From NCBI GenBank assembly GCA_951406725.2, contig OX597816.1, positions 72,416,001-72,480,000 of the forward strand: a stretch of DNA of 64,000 bases. The letters are read 5' to 3'. This DNA is from Octopus vulgaris. Taxonomy: Eukaryota. Position numbers and translations under genes: made by a program. Below are positions 40,513-56,099 of the stretch, piece after piece; position 1 is the first letter of the stretch; the number at the start of each line of letters is the position of its first letter. The notes under the pieces were generated by a model, which was not told the origin of the DNA, did not search any database, and saw only the letters and a list, made by a program, of their open reading frames with translations.

Positions 40513-43449
40513 TATATATATGTATATATGTATATATATATATATATATATTTATTTATTTATATATATTCATATATATATATGTGTGTATGTAGGAATG
40601 TATGTAGGTTCGTATGCATACAGACTTTTATACAAGAAGCACTCAGTAATAGACAATAGATTAAGCTTTCTCTCTTTCTTCCTATTCATGTCACTTTCGT
40701 CATGCTTTTAAGGACGACAGTGGGGAAAAACATTCTTTTAATTGTCTTTTGACAAAGGAGGAATAGACCACAACATAAGCTACAGCAGACTGCATGTTCT
40801 CTTGTTCTCGTGTCCTTTATTTTATTTTATTCTATTTTATTTATAATTTATATTATTTTTCGATTTTTTTTTATTCTTTAGTTTTGCTTTCTTATTCTCT
40901 TCTCTTTCACATTCACGCAAACTCCTCGCATAATCACATTCATAAATACAGACACACATATTCCTACATATCCACATTGACCCTTCCACCCCTACGAATA
41001 TACGTACATATTTACCTCCACGCACTTTTTCTCTCTGTCTGTCTGTCTTTTTTCTGTATATGTATGTATTCATACATACATATATACATACATACAATTC
41101 AGACACGCATACATATGTGTTTCTTTTATGTGTCTCGCGTTCGGTTTATCGATCGGTGTCAGTAGTTGAGAAAGGAAAGAGGAAGAAAAGAAAATTTAAA
41201 AAAATAAAAATTCTCATAAAAATAAATGTGAAATACACGTTTAAAAGAAATATTAATAAAAACTAGTTGTAGTGTTTTAATAGTTCGTCAAATTAAAGAA
41301 TGTGTCCATGAAATGCCCTCCTAGACGAGTGAGATTGTAATTATTTAGCCCGGTGCTTCTCTTGATTGCGCAGCACTACAATCAAAAGTGTTGCAACCTT
41401 CTGTGCCAAATACGTTTAAACTTTTTCATATCTAAGACAGCAATTTTTTAATGTGACCTTTCTTATTTAAGACCAAAGGGAGTATTTGTGAAATATTTAG
41501 TTCTTGGAAAGTTTCTTTCACAAGTATCATCCCATAATACAAATATCACACAATAATATTCATATATAGTTGCTCAATTAACAGCAGTTGTGCATCTACA
41601 AGAATATCTCTTCTTGCTGGCTTAAAAGATAATTTTCACAAAGGTAATATAAATCAGACCGGCAATGACACACTGATGCTATGAAAGAAAATATACGTGG
41701 CTTACGGAGTATACGTTTAAATTCGTATACACACATCAAGCGCATTCCTTTAGAATCTAAAGGAATCTAAAGTTTAGATACTTAGATACAGTTATTTCCA
41801 CTGCTCTGCCTGAATACATCTGGAATCCCAAAACCTGAGGTACAACGGACGCGATGACGTCTCCATGTTTTGGGAAGTGCACTGCCGTATTGCATGCGAT
41901 CAAGAAAATTCACGCTGCTTCCTCATTGGTTTGTGACTGGTGAATTTCGTTGACAGGATTAATATGGTTAAAGGGATCAAGTGGTTAACGTTCACTTAGA
42001 ATTTCAGTAAGCCGTTGTCTGCAGGAAAAAAAAAGAGAAAAAGTCCTTAGCAGCAAAAGAACTGCAGGGGAATGTAATTCTTCGGTGCAAATCTAACCGA
42101 GTTCACTTATGCCTTCCATCCCTCCGTGGTCGATAAAAAGAATCACGTGCACAAAGGCTTTGCAGTGGAGGAATTCTTAAAGCACTGCACAACTTTGTTG
42201 CTTTTTTTCCTTTACTTCTTGAGGTCTTGTCGTGAGTAAAAATGGCTCCAAATTTTAGCTCAAGGCTAGCAGTTTTAGTGGCGGGGGGATAGTCGATTAA
42301 ATTGACCCCAATATGTGATTGGTACCTTGTTTTACCGACCACGAACGAATGAAAGGCAAACATTATTTCGACGAGATTAGAACTGAGAACGTAAAGAGCT
42401 GGAACACATGCTGCCAAGCTAATGATTCTACCGGGCTTTCCCCCATTGTCTTGCATACGAATATCATAAGTCCATGAGAAATTATCTACGTATTCTGACA
42501 CAATTATTCTACGATCTGTGTGTAGCATTTACCAAGGACGTAACCATGAGTCATTCATTGAACGGATGACGTACGAAGAAATGCGAGGCATTAGCGTTGC
42601 TCGTGATATAAGAACAGTGCTCAATGAGAATCGAACTTCAGCTTTGTGGAGTTAGGAATTAATTAGTGCTGAAGTATTTTCTGTTTCGGCAAAATAAGCT
42701 TAGTTTTAGTTTGGGAAGCTCTTTTGGTAATGTTACATATGAGAGGTCAGTTTTGAGTGATGGTATGAAATAGTGAGGACTTCTTGTCTTCCAATAAATA
42801 TTCTACTGGTCTTAGAGGGTCTGAATAAAAAAAAAATGAAGAAAAAATTCCCTGTAACCAAGTCGTAGAAATATCGTTATCATATCCGACATAAAAAATC
42901 ATCCCCACTATCACCACTGCCACCGCCGTCGCCACCATCGTCGCCGCCACCACCACCACCACCACCACCACCAGCAACAACAACAACAACAACGACTTCA
43001 ACAGCAACATTACCACAATCACCATCAGCACTACAACCAACAGCATCACTACTACAACCACCTCCACCACTACAACCACCATCACCGCCTCCAACACAAG
43101 CTTCTTCACCAGTTCCAGCACTACCAAAACCATAACTCTCCCCACTCACACACACACACACACACTACCACCAAGCACTACCCCTCGCCCACCACCACAA
43201 CAACTCACCGTTCACAGCGTTGCTTCCGTCATTAGCGACCTTCAATAGATATATATATATCGCTTTCTTTCACTTTTGGTCGCCATCTTTGTTGCCGCTG
43301 TTGCTATTCTCAAGACCAGATGTTGACTTGTGGGAAAAATCACAGTGTTTCCACTCCTATATCAATACGGAAAGCTGTTTATTGCTCACACACACACACA
43401 CACACACACACATTATATATTATATTATATATATTTGCATATATGAATG

Positions 43450-43783
<334 letters not shown>

Positions 43784-43940
43784 TCATGAATTGAAGTGTG
43801 AGCGGATGTGATTATGCGAGGATCTACATCGGTCCATTGTATTGATGTTATGCGCGTTCTTTCTATTGAAAGATTACTGCGGTATTATATGCCTATTATG
43901 TGTATGTGTATGTGAATGTATGTGAGATGCATATACATAA

Positions 43941-43981
<41 letters not shown>

Positions 43982-43989
43982 TATATACA

Positions 43990-44640
43990 AGCTGACCCCG
44001 CCACCACCACATACTGAATGATTATAAAGTCAGTGTTTATTAAAATACACTTCGTTTCAAAAATTTAATAAAGTCTACAGACTATTTATTTTCTTTGAAT
44101 GAACGCCTGTTTCCAAACTGATGACCGTTCTAGTCCAGGTATTCCTGATAACGCAAAGCAATGGAATCGTAAACATCAAGAAATGTTCCAGTTCAATGGC
44201 TGCCTTCAATTCGTCGGCTGTTGCCGGTTTTGTACCGCAAACTTTATCTTTTAAATATTTCCATAAAAAATGTCTGATGCTCTGAGATCCAGTAAAGCCT
44301 AGTGTTTTCTACTAAACCTCCTCGTTCAATCTTCCTATCTGGCAAAAATCCCATCAAGGTAGACTGTTGTGTTACTATGATAGCATAGGGACAGCTCCAT
44401 CTTACTAGAAATAAAGCTTCACATCTTCAAAAAATCTTTTTGAGTATTTAGCACGACAGATTCTCGTAAGTTCACAATACCGTAAAAAAGGATGTCTAAT
44501 TAATTCTTTTGCTGATGAGCAGTACCATAATGCAATCCTTGATAATTTAACAGGTTTTCTTCAGTAATATGTCGATTCTCAGGTTCCACTGAGGCATAAT
44601 TGTGGCGGAAAAGTAAGCCATGCAATTTAAATGTAACTTC
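43990..44640 (-). mobile_element. Decayed Tc1/mariner transposase 3' fragment
   Basis: - strand (Q)DGA-like motif near 44400 and KYLKDKVCGTKPATADELKAAIE near 44195-44265. Confidence 0.6.
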
Positions 44641-44961
44641 TTTAGTTTAAACAGTCTTTGAACCACTTGCAAAACTCCCCTCATCGGTCCGGATTGTCTC
44701 CATTGAAAACATAGACATCGTTTTTCATCGCATTTGTTCATAGAAGTTCAACAAAAGAAAAGAAAACAAATGTCTATATCTCTGCGTTTCTGTATATATT
44801 TGGCTTTCTCTTGTTTTTATGTTAATTTGTCAAAGAAGGAAGAGAAATGCTCTTTGTATTGACATGTTCTTCTAGACAGGCACCATTGTCCGGCTGGAAC
44901 TCTGCGGGTTTACGTCCGTGTGGGAAAATGTGCGAAAAGAAGGATTTAATTCCAGAGCTGC

Positions 44962-45219
44962 CAGTGGTTCTCAACCACATTTTTCCTATGGACCGTTTTG
45001 ATTCCTGTTTTGCATAAGTAGGCCTTCATAACCAGTCCATGTTTGAAAAGTTTCTATTATATTATCCTAATTGAATATTCTTAGAAATCGTATTAAAAAA
45101 ATTGTTCAAATATTCAGTATATTGTCGAAGTATAACTGATTACATAGCACATAAATTTTAACAACAAAATCTTACATGTACCCACTAATCATCATATGAA
45201 TTCCGGATGAGAACCACAG
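44962..45219. mobile_element. hAT/Charlie-like MITE
   Basis: Imperfect TIRs CAGTGGTTCTCAACC / GGATGAGAACCACAG; no clear TSD. Confidence 0.55.
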
Positions 45220-45479
45220 TTTTAGAACAATGAAGTTCTGCCGTGTAATTGTTGAGTGAAACACTTAAGCATAGGCAAATGTGATTCGTATTAGGCATGA
45301 CAAAAGTAATGAGAATAGATGGGATCACTTTGTGATTACATATATGCATTTAATATTTACACGAATTGTTGTGCATAAAGATATTTCAGGGTTAAAAGAT
45401 ATTTCAGTTCTCAAAAATGATTGATACACTAGAAAAGCTCAGATAAAGCTCACACTTGAATTTTGCTCTCATGTCTGTG

Positions 45480-45900
45480 ATGGTGCCGTTGCTATTGCAT
45501 TCGTAGACATTTTAGACCATACCCAGACAAAAGGCTGCCCGATTGATTGGCATATAATCACTCACAGACATACTTCAGCCTCTGGCCCACAGACGCACTG
45601 TTTTGTCTTCAAGATCTTCCTGTCACCACTATAATAAATTCTGACTCTTGGAGCAGGCTGGGTTCATGCGACTTTACTGAGGCGCTCTTTACTCACATCC
45701 GTCGCCTTCTCGCATCACCCTTGTTATATGCAACACCACCCAGGTTTATACAAATCTCTACTTCATGTTCTTACTTTCCAAAACGAAGGCTTTCTGGAAT
45801 TATCTTCTGCTCTTATCTTCCTTGCGGTCGTCAATGTTCAAAGAGAAGCAGTCGTAGCATCTCTTTCATTGACTTGGGGAGGTCTTGAAAGGCCATATAC
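45480..45900 (-). mobile_element. Possible highly decayed RTE-like LINE 3' fragment
   Basis: Weak, frameshifted resemblance to RTE C-terminal motifs; judged by eye only. Confidence 0.3.
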
Positions 45901-46648
45901 ACAAGACGTTCTTCCAAACCCATCAAATAAAAAAAAAACGATATAGTATTAGAATTTATTTAATAATAGTCTCTCGAGTCCGAGAAAGACGGTTCTGCGA
46001 TTTCTTACCGAACAACCTCTCAGGTGATTTGTTTATAAGATCAAATGTGATGCACATTATCTTATTACTTCCACCAAATCGACATTGCCTGTGCAGGAGC
46101 GCGGTGTATCATACGTCAGATGTACACCATGCAAGTCAATGGGGATGAAGTGTTTGGTGTTTTGTTCGAGAACATAGCGCACTGCCCGATCATGAGTGCA
46201 ACACCCGAACCACCAGACCAGGCATCGGCACAGTATTAGAATAGAAATAAAGAAAAGAACACCCAGACAAGTGACTCTAAACCACCAGACAGCCTGCCTT
46301 CGATGTAATCTGTGATATCTCTTTGTAGAGTAGTAACGCCAAATGTGTACGCTGTGATATAATGCGCTCCTTGCATAACTTTTGTGGACGGCCTTCAATC
46401 AAACAGCATTAAAGTCGTTTTTTGCCACTTTATCTTTTTGTAATCTTTTTACTTGTTCCTGTTACTCGACTGTGACCATGACGAGGCGCCGCCCTGAAAG
46501 GTTTAGTCAAGCAAGTCGATTGCAGTGCTTATTTTTAAAGCTTGGTACTTATTCTATTGCTCTCTTATGTCGAAGCGCTAAGTTGTGTGGATTTAAACAA
46601 ATCTGCATCGATTGTCAAGAGGTGGCTGGGGACAAACACAAACACGTA

Positions 46649-46692
<44 letters not shown>

Positions 46693-46743
46693 TGTACTCA
46701 TGCACGCACGCACATCTATCTATCCATCTATCTATCTATTTAT

Positions 46744-46813
<70 letters not shown>

Positions 46814-46814
46814 G

Positions 46815-47176
46815 GCACTCAGTCAGTGACGACGACGAGAGTTCTAGTTGACCCAATCAACAGAACAGCCTGCTCGCGAAATTAACGTGCAAGTTGCTGA
46901 GCACTCCACAGACACGTGTACCCTTAACGTAGTTCTTGGGGAGGTTCAGCGTGACACAGAGTGTGACAAGACTGGCCCTTTGAAATACAGGTACAACAGA
47001 AACAGAGACAGTTGTGGTGAAAGAGTAGAGCAGGGTTCGCCACCATCCCTGCCGGAGCCTCGTAGAGCGTTAAGTGTTTTCGCTCAATAAACATTCACAA
47101 CGCCCGGTCAGGGAATCACAACCGCGACCCTATGACTGTGAGTCCGCTGCCCTAACCACTGGGCAATTGCGCCTCC
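46815..47176 (-). mobile_element. SINE family D (tail T1)
   Basis: Reverse complement of 37842-38222. Confidence 0.92.
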
Positions 47177-47180
47177 ACTG

Positions 47181-47234
<54 letters not shown>

Positions 47235-47819
47235 ATACAGTATATGTGCGTGTTTGTGTGAGTGTGAGTGTGTGTGTGTGTGTGTATTTAAAGTATAATT
47301 ATACTAAAGGGCGCTGGAGGGACAGCACCTGTATGCTAGAAATAGACATCCCTTTATTATAATTATATTTTTATACTTATACTTTAAATATTAATTTAAC
47401 CCATATCGCTGGCCACTGATAAATCATTAACTAATGACTTTTTCCTAATTATGAATATTTCAGTCGGCTCGAGGGTGTAGTAGAGGACATTTACCCAAGA
47501 TGGCGCGCACGGCAATGTTATTTATAGGTCAGAGGGGATGGTGGGGGGTTATTCAATTACTTCAAAATCCTACATTTGTACAACTCTTGTAGTGTAGGGA
47601 GGATTCATTCCTTCATTCACCAGGGTACATGTCTTTCCAGCTTGAGGAACTCTTCTCACGACTTGGCCGAGCAGTTTAGGATTGTCACTGGCCTTCACTT
47701 CGAGGATTTGCCTCACTGGTCACACTAGTTCTGTTGGTTGATGGTGATGCTTTTTCGGTATCTGCCTCCTCAAATACCATAAAACATTCGGACCGACATT
47801 CTTGCAGATCTACAAGACG

Positions 47820-48017
47820 GAAACGTTAGCACGCCGGGCGAAAAGCTTAGCGGTATTTCGTCTGTTTTTACGTTCTGAGTTCAAATTCCAGTGAAGTCAA
47901 CTTTGCCTTTCATCCTTTCTGGGTCGAAAAATTAAGTACCAGTTGCGTACTGGGGTCGATCTAATCGACTGGCCCCATCCCCCAAAATTTCGGGCCTTGT
48001 GCCTAGAGCAGAAAAGA
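47820..48017 (+). mobile_element. SINE family B
   Basis: Family head and core. Confidence 0.88.
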
Positions 48018-48799
48018 TTCTTGCACATCTACAAACCCATCTCCCATGATTGATACTTTTTCTATCACCCTCGAAAGGATGAATGCAAAGTATAACTCAG
48101 TGAGATTCGATCTTAATGTGCAGACATTCAGACCAAATACTACATAACATTCAATCCCATACTCTCACAGCTATACCCACCGCCTTGTGGAAAGGATAGA
48201 GACATTTATACAAAACATAAGTAGAGTTCGTTTCCTTAACTAAATGTAAACCATGGAACGTAAAACCCGGTTATTATAACGACCTTCTCACATATGTTCC
48301 GAAATCTTTCAAGTAAACAAAATAAGGATGAATCGCTTGTGAGCACACACTAGACAGGCACGAGCTAATGCGTAGGTAATGATAAGAGTGTGTATATACT
48401 TGTTTAAAGGAATATATTCATATGGAAACGTATAGCCAGACAGAATAACACATTTCAGGAACACAAGTGAATAACGTGAGAATTATTACTAATAGAAAAA
48501 AAAAAAAACATATTTGTCTTCATTATTATATCAGTATTCAAATAATAAAGGTTTAGAACCATTACCTGAAGAAATTACAACATTAAGACTATTAGTTATA
48601 ATGTGACTGAAAAAAAAAACAAAACATATTGCCGTGAAACTAGTAGCTGTAATGTGTTTGAAAACCCAATTGCAGAGAGAGAGAGAGAGAGAGTATCAGT
48701 TGAAATATGTCTGAAGTATAATCCAACATTTGAATAAAATTTTTTAAAAATTGTCTGACTAAACTTTCGTATTGAATTCCCTCTTGTTCAAAGCTATCT

Positions 48800-48875
<76 letters not shown>

Positions 48876-48891
48876 ATATATTATATATGCA

Positions 48892-48974
<83 letters not shown>

Positions 48975-49865
48975 GCATTTGTGTATGTATATAAAAGCAG
49001 GTTTAATTATTCCCAAAATGGTATTAAAAATACTAATAAAATAGGCTTGAATATAATGGATAATGGATAATGGTATATATATATATATGCGTTTTAATGG
49101 CTACAATGACTTTACCATGATGCATTTGGTCTATTTCACTAAGTTTATGTTAAAGTATTTTAAGTTAGTATATCATGGAAATATATTGCATGTTATGAAT
49201 ACAAATGCAATCGCATTCATATGAACACCATTAAAACAAAGTACATAGAAATTTGGCTTTATGGGAGAGAGAACGAAAGGGAGATAAAACAAATAGAAAG
49301 AAAATAGGGGGGATTTTTTTTCCATAATTCATAATATACAAATGAAATATGCGAAGCTTTTATGAAGATCTTTATTTCTTTTAAAAGTAAACATACATAA
49401 AAAACGAATGTTTCAGTACATCGCTTGAATCGATCGGTATTATTTTATTAAACCGAAGATATCAGGTGGGTTTATTTACGTTCGACTTTTTAAATACACA
49501 ATCACACACACACACACACATACACGCACACACACACATATATACACACATACACGCGCACACATACATACACGCATACACACATTATCTCTCTCACATA
49601 CAAACACACTCACACACATATAAATATACATAAATGTCAGTGTATGTATACAAATACGAGTGTATAGACAGACATATATACGCAAAAACAAACGCATGTG
49701 TGTGTGCGTATGTGTGAGTTTGTGAACACATATATGCATGTATAAATCTGTGTGCATGGGTGTCTGTACGTGTGCGTATACACATGCATACAATCATACA
49801 CACATATAGCATATATACACACATATGTATGTATATCTGTCTAGCTATTTATCTATCTTTGTCTG

Positions 49866-49928
<63 letters not shown>

Positions 49929-49931
49929 GTA

Positions 49932-49962
<31 letters not shown>

Positions 49963-50169
49963 ATATCTGTCTGTCTGTTTGTCTGACTGACTGACTCTAT
50001 TTATCTATTCCTCTGTGTGTAAGTGTGTGTGCATATCTATCTACCTATTTCTCTCTCTATCTATCTATTTATCTGTCTGTCTGTCTGTTTGTCCATCTGT
50101 CTATCTCTCTATATATACATACATACATATATATATATATGCATATATGTGTGTGCGTGTGTATGTATG

Positions 50170-50243
<74 letters not shown>

Positions 50244-51535
50244 TGTATGTATGTATACATACATATGTTTATGAGATAGATAATGTGTCTTTGTGTGCAA
50301 CAACGTACATAAACGGACATATATAAAAGTATATGCAAACACTCACACACATACATACACACATGCAGGTATATATATGCAGGTGGGTGGACGTGTGTGT
50401 GTGCGGGAGCGCGCGATCTTGCTTCTGCCTGCGTGCGTATATGTGATTATGAATATCATCTCTATGGCTTATGACTTGTTATTGTATGCGCGCGGAAGAC
50501 CGCCATCGCCACTCAATTTACGCTGTTACGCTTTGGTCATTTATATTACGATATTAACATTAAATGGAAGAGAAGTAAAGGAAGAAAAATACCTACCACG
50601 ATAGCTTAGCTAAAAGCAGTGGAGGTGGTGGTGTTGTTGGTGGTGGCGGCGGTGGCGGTGGTGGCGGTAGTGATGACGATGTTGGCGGCGGCGGTAGGTA
50701 ACGGGTGATGGGGTATGTGTATGGGTGTACGGTGCGTATGCTTGTGAAAAGAGCTGTTACCTACTACCTCACCCATTTCACACACACACACACACACACA
50801 CAAATAAGTTTCTTTTTTAATTCCTCGGTAGCAACAGATGCTGTATACTTCGTCTGCTTGGATTCGAGATTAAAAGGAAAATGGACAATAAATGGAAGAA
50901 ATATATATAAAAAAAATAATAAATGAAACTAAAAAAAAAATAAAAAATGTAAAGAAGAAATGGCATTATTATTTGAATTGATCTTTTATTTAGTTTGTTG
51001 TGTTGTTCTGCTGTCACATCTAAGAAGAATACAACTGTCGACCGAATCTATAATTAAGATCGTTCCGCCGCCTTTCCTGAACAGGGAAGAGCAGGCTTGT
51101 TTTCTCTCGGTAGTAGCTATCGCGGAAGAGGTAACAGTGCAAGGGATCGTAAGAGGCATTTCTATTTCCAGCCTTGGGTTGGTTAAGTTTTGCTTTTCCA
51201 TATGAAAAGAAAAAATAAGGCTGGAGAAGAAATGCCTGTCGCACGGTGTGTTTCGGAAAAGAGGAAAGTCTGTGGCAAGTGTGGTGAGAGTGAAAGAACC
51301 TCGTTTAAGCGAAAACAGAAAAGGAAAAAAAATTAAGTCTTCAGTGTGAGAACGTGGTTTGTGGGGTCACCCATGACCCCCGCTTCGTTTTTTAAGCATT
51401 CCATTCCTTTTCTCTGTCAATATTCGATTTCGTAATTTTTAAACATTCATCCCTCACTCTGTTACCCCCATTCGATCCCCGACCCCATGTCTGTTTGTCT
51501 GTCCTTGTTTTCGTCCTCTCTCCATTTATGGTGGA

Positions 51536-51901
51536 CTAGCAGTATCGCCCGGCGTTGCTCGGGTTTGTAAGGGAAATAACTATAAAGCAGTTTTAGAGAG
51601 TTATAGCCAAAAAATAGCAAAAAAATGGAAGAAAAATTATGGTAAAAGGGTCGAGTTACGTCCCCTAGACAGTCTGTAGTTTGTGTTTCTGATTCTCGAC
51701 CCCATGTCGAATTAATCGATTTTTTTCAGAACTGGGGGAACTTTTCAAAATTTTCGCTGCGTTAGTTTTGAATTATGACATTGGGCTATGTGTGTGTCAA
51801 GTTTCATCAGATTCGGTTGAAAGCCGTGGTCAGGGTGAGGGTACAACCTAACAGACACACAGACACGCAGACAGACAAACTGCCGTTTATATAGAGAGAG
51901 A
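51536..51901 (-). mobile_element. Non-autonomous Helitron
   Basis: On - strand: 5' TC end, subterminal hairpin CCCGAGCAACGCCGGG, 3' CTAG end, inserted between A and T with no TSD. Confidence 0.85.
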
Positions 51902-52209
51902 TAAAGGGAAAAGTTTATGTTTTGTTTCTGTTTTGTTTTAATTTTCAGTGTTTGGCTTAGAAATTTCAAAAAGTTCGTAATAAATAAGCAAATGAGTAAA
52001 TAAGTTTGAATTCTGATCGAGGCCATGCTGGGGCACCCCGCTTTGGAGAACTTTAGACGAATAGATCGACCTCAGTACTTACTTTTGTTTTGGGTGGGGG
52101 GATGGCTGGTATTTATTCTATCAGTCACCTTTGCTGGACCGCTAAGTTTCGGAGACAACCAAATAATACTTACTGTCAAACAGCGGTGGAGGATAAACAC
52201 AAACTCGAA

Positions 52210-52267
<58 letters not shown>

Positions 52268-52469
52268 CATACACACATACATACAAACAAACATACATAC
52301 ATACATACAGACATACATACATACATACATACATACATACATACACGCGCGTGCACACATGTGTACACGCATGACAGAAGTAAATAAACACGCTTATAAT
52401 CATTAAAATTAATTTAAGTCTGAAATTATATATTCACATTATTGATTATCATAATGTGAATATCTAATG

Positions 52470-52700
52470 TATAGTAGACATGCCCTTTACATTTCTTCAA
52501 TGCAAGAACCCTATAAGGGTTCTCTATGATGAATATTCTCTTGAGGAATTTCTTACCAAGTTTCCTGCAATAATCTCAAAATTATGGCTTTGAGTATGCA
52601 TTGTTGGTCTTTTTACGAAGTGTTCTGTTCCTTGTGACTCAGAGATGGTCAATAGGGTTCATATCTGGTGACTGGCTTTGCCATAGAAGCTTTTTTAATG
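52470..52700 (-). mobile_element. Tc1-like transposase remnant
   Basis: - strand WQSQSPDMNPIDHL resembles the Tc1 WPSQSPDLNPIE motif. Confidence 0.6.
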
Positions 52701-53343
52701 TATGTATGTATGTATGTATGTATGTATGTATGTATGTATGTATGTATGTATGTATGTATGTATGTATGTATGTATGTAGTTTACTTTCCGTTTTGGTAGG
52801 ATCCAGTGAGGAATAAAAATCATTTAATATAGACATAATTTTCAAAAAGTTGCTACTAATAGTTTCATATTGTATCGATACAATAATTTGGTAGATTTAT
52901 ACAACATGCTTTGAGGCTTAGTTCATACCGGTCGACCTATTTGAAAACAAGAAGAAAAGTGCGAAGTGGGGTGATGCAAAAAGTGGAACAAGAAGGAAGA
53001 AAACCAAGATCTGCAGATCATTTATATGTAGAAATCATAGTTATAATCTAGCTGGTGCAGAATACTATTACATACTCGTAGAGAATGCCAAAGCTTGTGA
53101 GACAATAATTCAATCCAGGGAGGGTGGTGTCTTCCAGTTCGACAAAAGAAACATGTTCATGTACTTGCATTTGTTAACAATTTCGAATCTTGAATTAAGT
53201 AGTGTTGATACGAACATGTTGCGAATTATTGACCTCATATTTTGTTAACTGATTGCACAAACCTATCCACTAGGCCTTTTGAAGTTTTCATTGTGCTTCG
53301 TGTCAGAAATCAATGGTTATCTCTAATCAGATTCCGTAAAATC

Positions 53344-53422
53344 TTCCCTGAGGATGCATTGTGGTTAAGTATCTACATGTATCTGGAACATCGATTACAT
53401 AACAGTGAAACGCGCGTAGGAA
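53344..53422 (+). ncRNA. Type I hammerhead ribozyme motif (Penelope-type, palindromic stem III)
   Basis: TTCC CTGAGGA TGC ATTGT...ACAGT GAAA CGCGCG TA GGAA; the base of stem II is imperfect. Confidence 0.7.
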
Positions 53423-53815
53423 CTTTAACATAAGCTTGTGTTTAGCCTTATCTTTCCTATAACAGCCTATACTAAAGGAGAAGAGAAGGACGAGAAGAAT
53501 GAGGGGAAAATAGAAAGAGCATGTGGTGGAGGAGTAAAATAGAAAAATATACGTGGTAAAAAGGAACATGAGAAACAATAATAACAACAGTAAATTGACG
53601 GAATAGAAAGGAAATCGGTAAAGAAGGAATAAAGTAGAAAAATTATGAAGCAAGAGGGAAGTAAATGTAGGTTTGGAAACGCAAAAGAGTATAAAGAATT
53701 ATGCGAGTAAAGCTTTCTTAAATGACAATCTATGAGGCACTCTCAGAAACATATGCACATACGCACACGCGTGCACATACATGCACGCACACGTATATAT
53801 AGATGTATGAAAACA

Positions 53816-53850
<35 letters not shown>

Positions 53851-53861
53851 ATATATATATG

Positions 53862-53917
<56 letters not shown>

Positions 53918-54916
53918 TATAATTTCACAAATATTCGCTCGTATGGTATACGCACACGTGTATATATGTATGTGTGTGTGTGTGTGTGCATGTGTATATG
54001 TATATGTGTGTGTATATATATGTGTGTGTGCGTGTGTGTATATTCATATAAATGTGTGCATGTGTATATGAATTTGTGTGTGTATATATGTGTGTGTCTG
54101 TGTGTGTATATTCACATAAATGTATGCATGTGTATATGTATATGTGTGTGTATAGTCATATAAATGTGTCGCATGTGCATATGTATATGTGTGTATGTAT
54201 GTGTATATATATGTGTGTATTATATCTGTATTGTGTATGTGTATATGTATTCCGATAGGCTTTCAAAGACAAGCATTATCAGACGTTCCTTGCATCTAAT
54301 ATTTTTTTTCATATATTGTTATCTCTTTGTAATTTTATTTCATTTATTCTTCTTTTTCTTTTCCCTTTTTTCTTTTTTAAAATTTCGTACGCTTTTTTCT
54401 ATTTCTATTTATTTATTCATTCATTTATTTATTTATTTATTTTTTAAGTATCTCTATCTTTAAGAATTTAAACACTCGGGTGTCGGGTAGTCACAAGCGC
54501 TTATTGACTACATAACAATGGTTGACAAGTACAACGTTCCTTGCAGCTTTCAACGTCTTTGTGTAAAATGCATTAACAACAAAAACAATAATAACAATAA
54601 CAACGACGACGACGACGAAAATGACGACGACGATGATATCGATGACGACAACAACACCAACAACAATAATAATAACAACAACAATAATAATGGTGGTAAT
54701 AATAATAATGATGATGATGAAGGAGTAATGATAATAGCAGTGAGAACGAAGACTACACCTGTATTAATGCATAAAGATATCGATTTCTATAAATATTCAT
54801 AAGCATATGAAAAGGATGGGATAAGTGAGATAGAAAACGAAATAAACGAGTGAAGGTTAGGTGTTTCAGGGATATGATTCTGTTACCTACCAACCTACGT
54901 ACCTATCTACCCACCT

Positions 54917-55141
<225 letters not shown>

Positions 55142-55149
55142 ACATACAT

Positions 55150-55384
55150 TCTTTTATTCTTTTACTTGTTTCAGTCATTTGACTGCGGCCATGCTTTTGT
55201 CGAAAAAGCACCATCTTCAGTCGAGAAAAATAAAAAATCGACCCTAGGACTTATTTTTTTGTAAGCCTAGTACTTACTCTATCGGTCTCTGTTGCCGAAC
55301 CGCTAAATTACGGGAACATAAACACACCATCATAGGTTGTCAAGCGATGGTGGTGGTGGGGACAAACACGGACACAAATAACAA

Positions 55385-55417
<33 letters not shown>

Positions 55418-55566
55418 TTTTTCTTCCGTCTACCAAATCCACTCATAAGGCTTTGATCGGCCCGAGGCTATAGTAGAAGACACTTGCCCAAGGTGCCACG
55501 CAGTAGGACTGAACCCGGAACCATGCGGTTGGTAAGCAAGCTACTTACTACACAGCCATTCCTGTG
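55150..55566 (-). mobile_element. SINE family A
   Basis: Matches 8848-9262. Confidence 0.88.
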
Positions 55567-56099
55567 CCTATGTGTATATATATATATATATGTATGTATG
55601 TATATATATATATATGTATATATATATACATCAACATATGTATCTACATACATACATACATGGAAATATGCAATGACACACACTCTCTCTCTCTCTCTCA
55701 CGCACACCCACACACACACACACATTTCAGCAGCGGCTGTGGTCGTGTCGGATAAATATCGCTGCACGTGTGAGTTTCTATTATGTCCGTTTGGGTTTAT
55801 ATTTCAGCAACACATGTGTGATTTCTTACATATGTATTTAAATACATGCTTACACATGCATGTATGTATAAGCATGCGTGCACGTGGACGAGAACTGATA
55901 GACAGATATACGAATATAAAGAAATGTAAACATTTGCGCGCGTGTGTGTGTATCTCTATATTTATAAACGGCAAAATGTCTGTGTATTTGTGTGTCCTTT
56001 ATACAAATCCACAGTTTTTCACTGCAAAGGCTCGCATTTTCTATGGGCTTTCAAAACTGTCTGAGGGTGGCCGTGAAGATCTTTTCATTTCCCCAGTCA

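Noticed and set aside
47416-47438. CTGATAA ATCATTAACTAATGAC, a possible HHR 5' half
   Set aside because: GAAA and the cleavage strand are absent.
50986-51244. Short non-repetitive ORFs as a host exon
   Set aside because: No recognisable domain or convincing splice structure.
55885-55900. TGGACGAGAACTGATA, similar to miR-184
   Set aside because: One-base deletion in the seed region, a different 3' end and no precursor hairpin.
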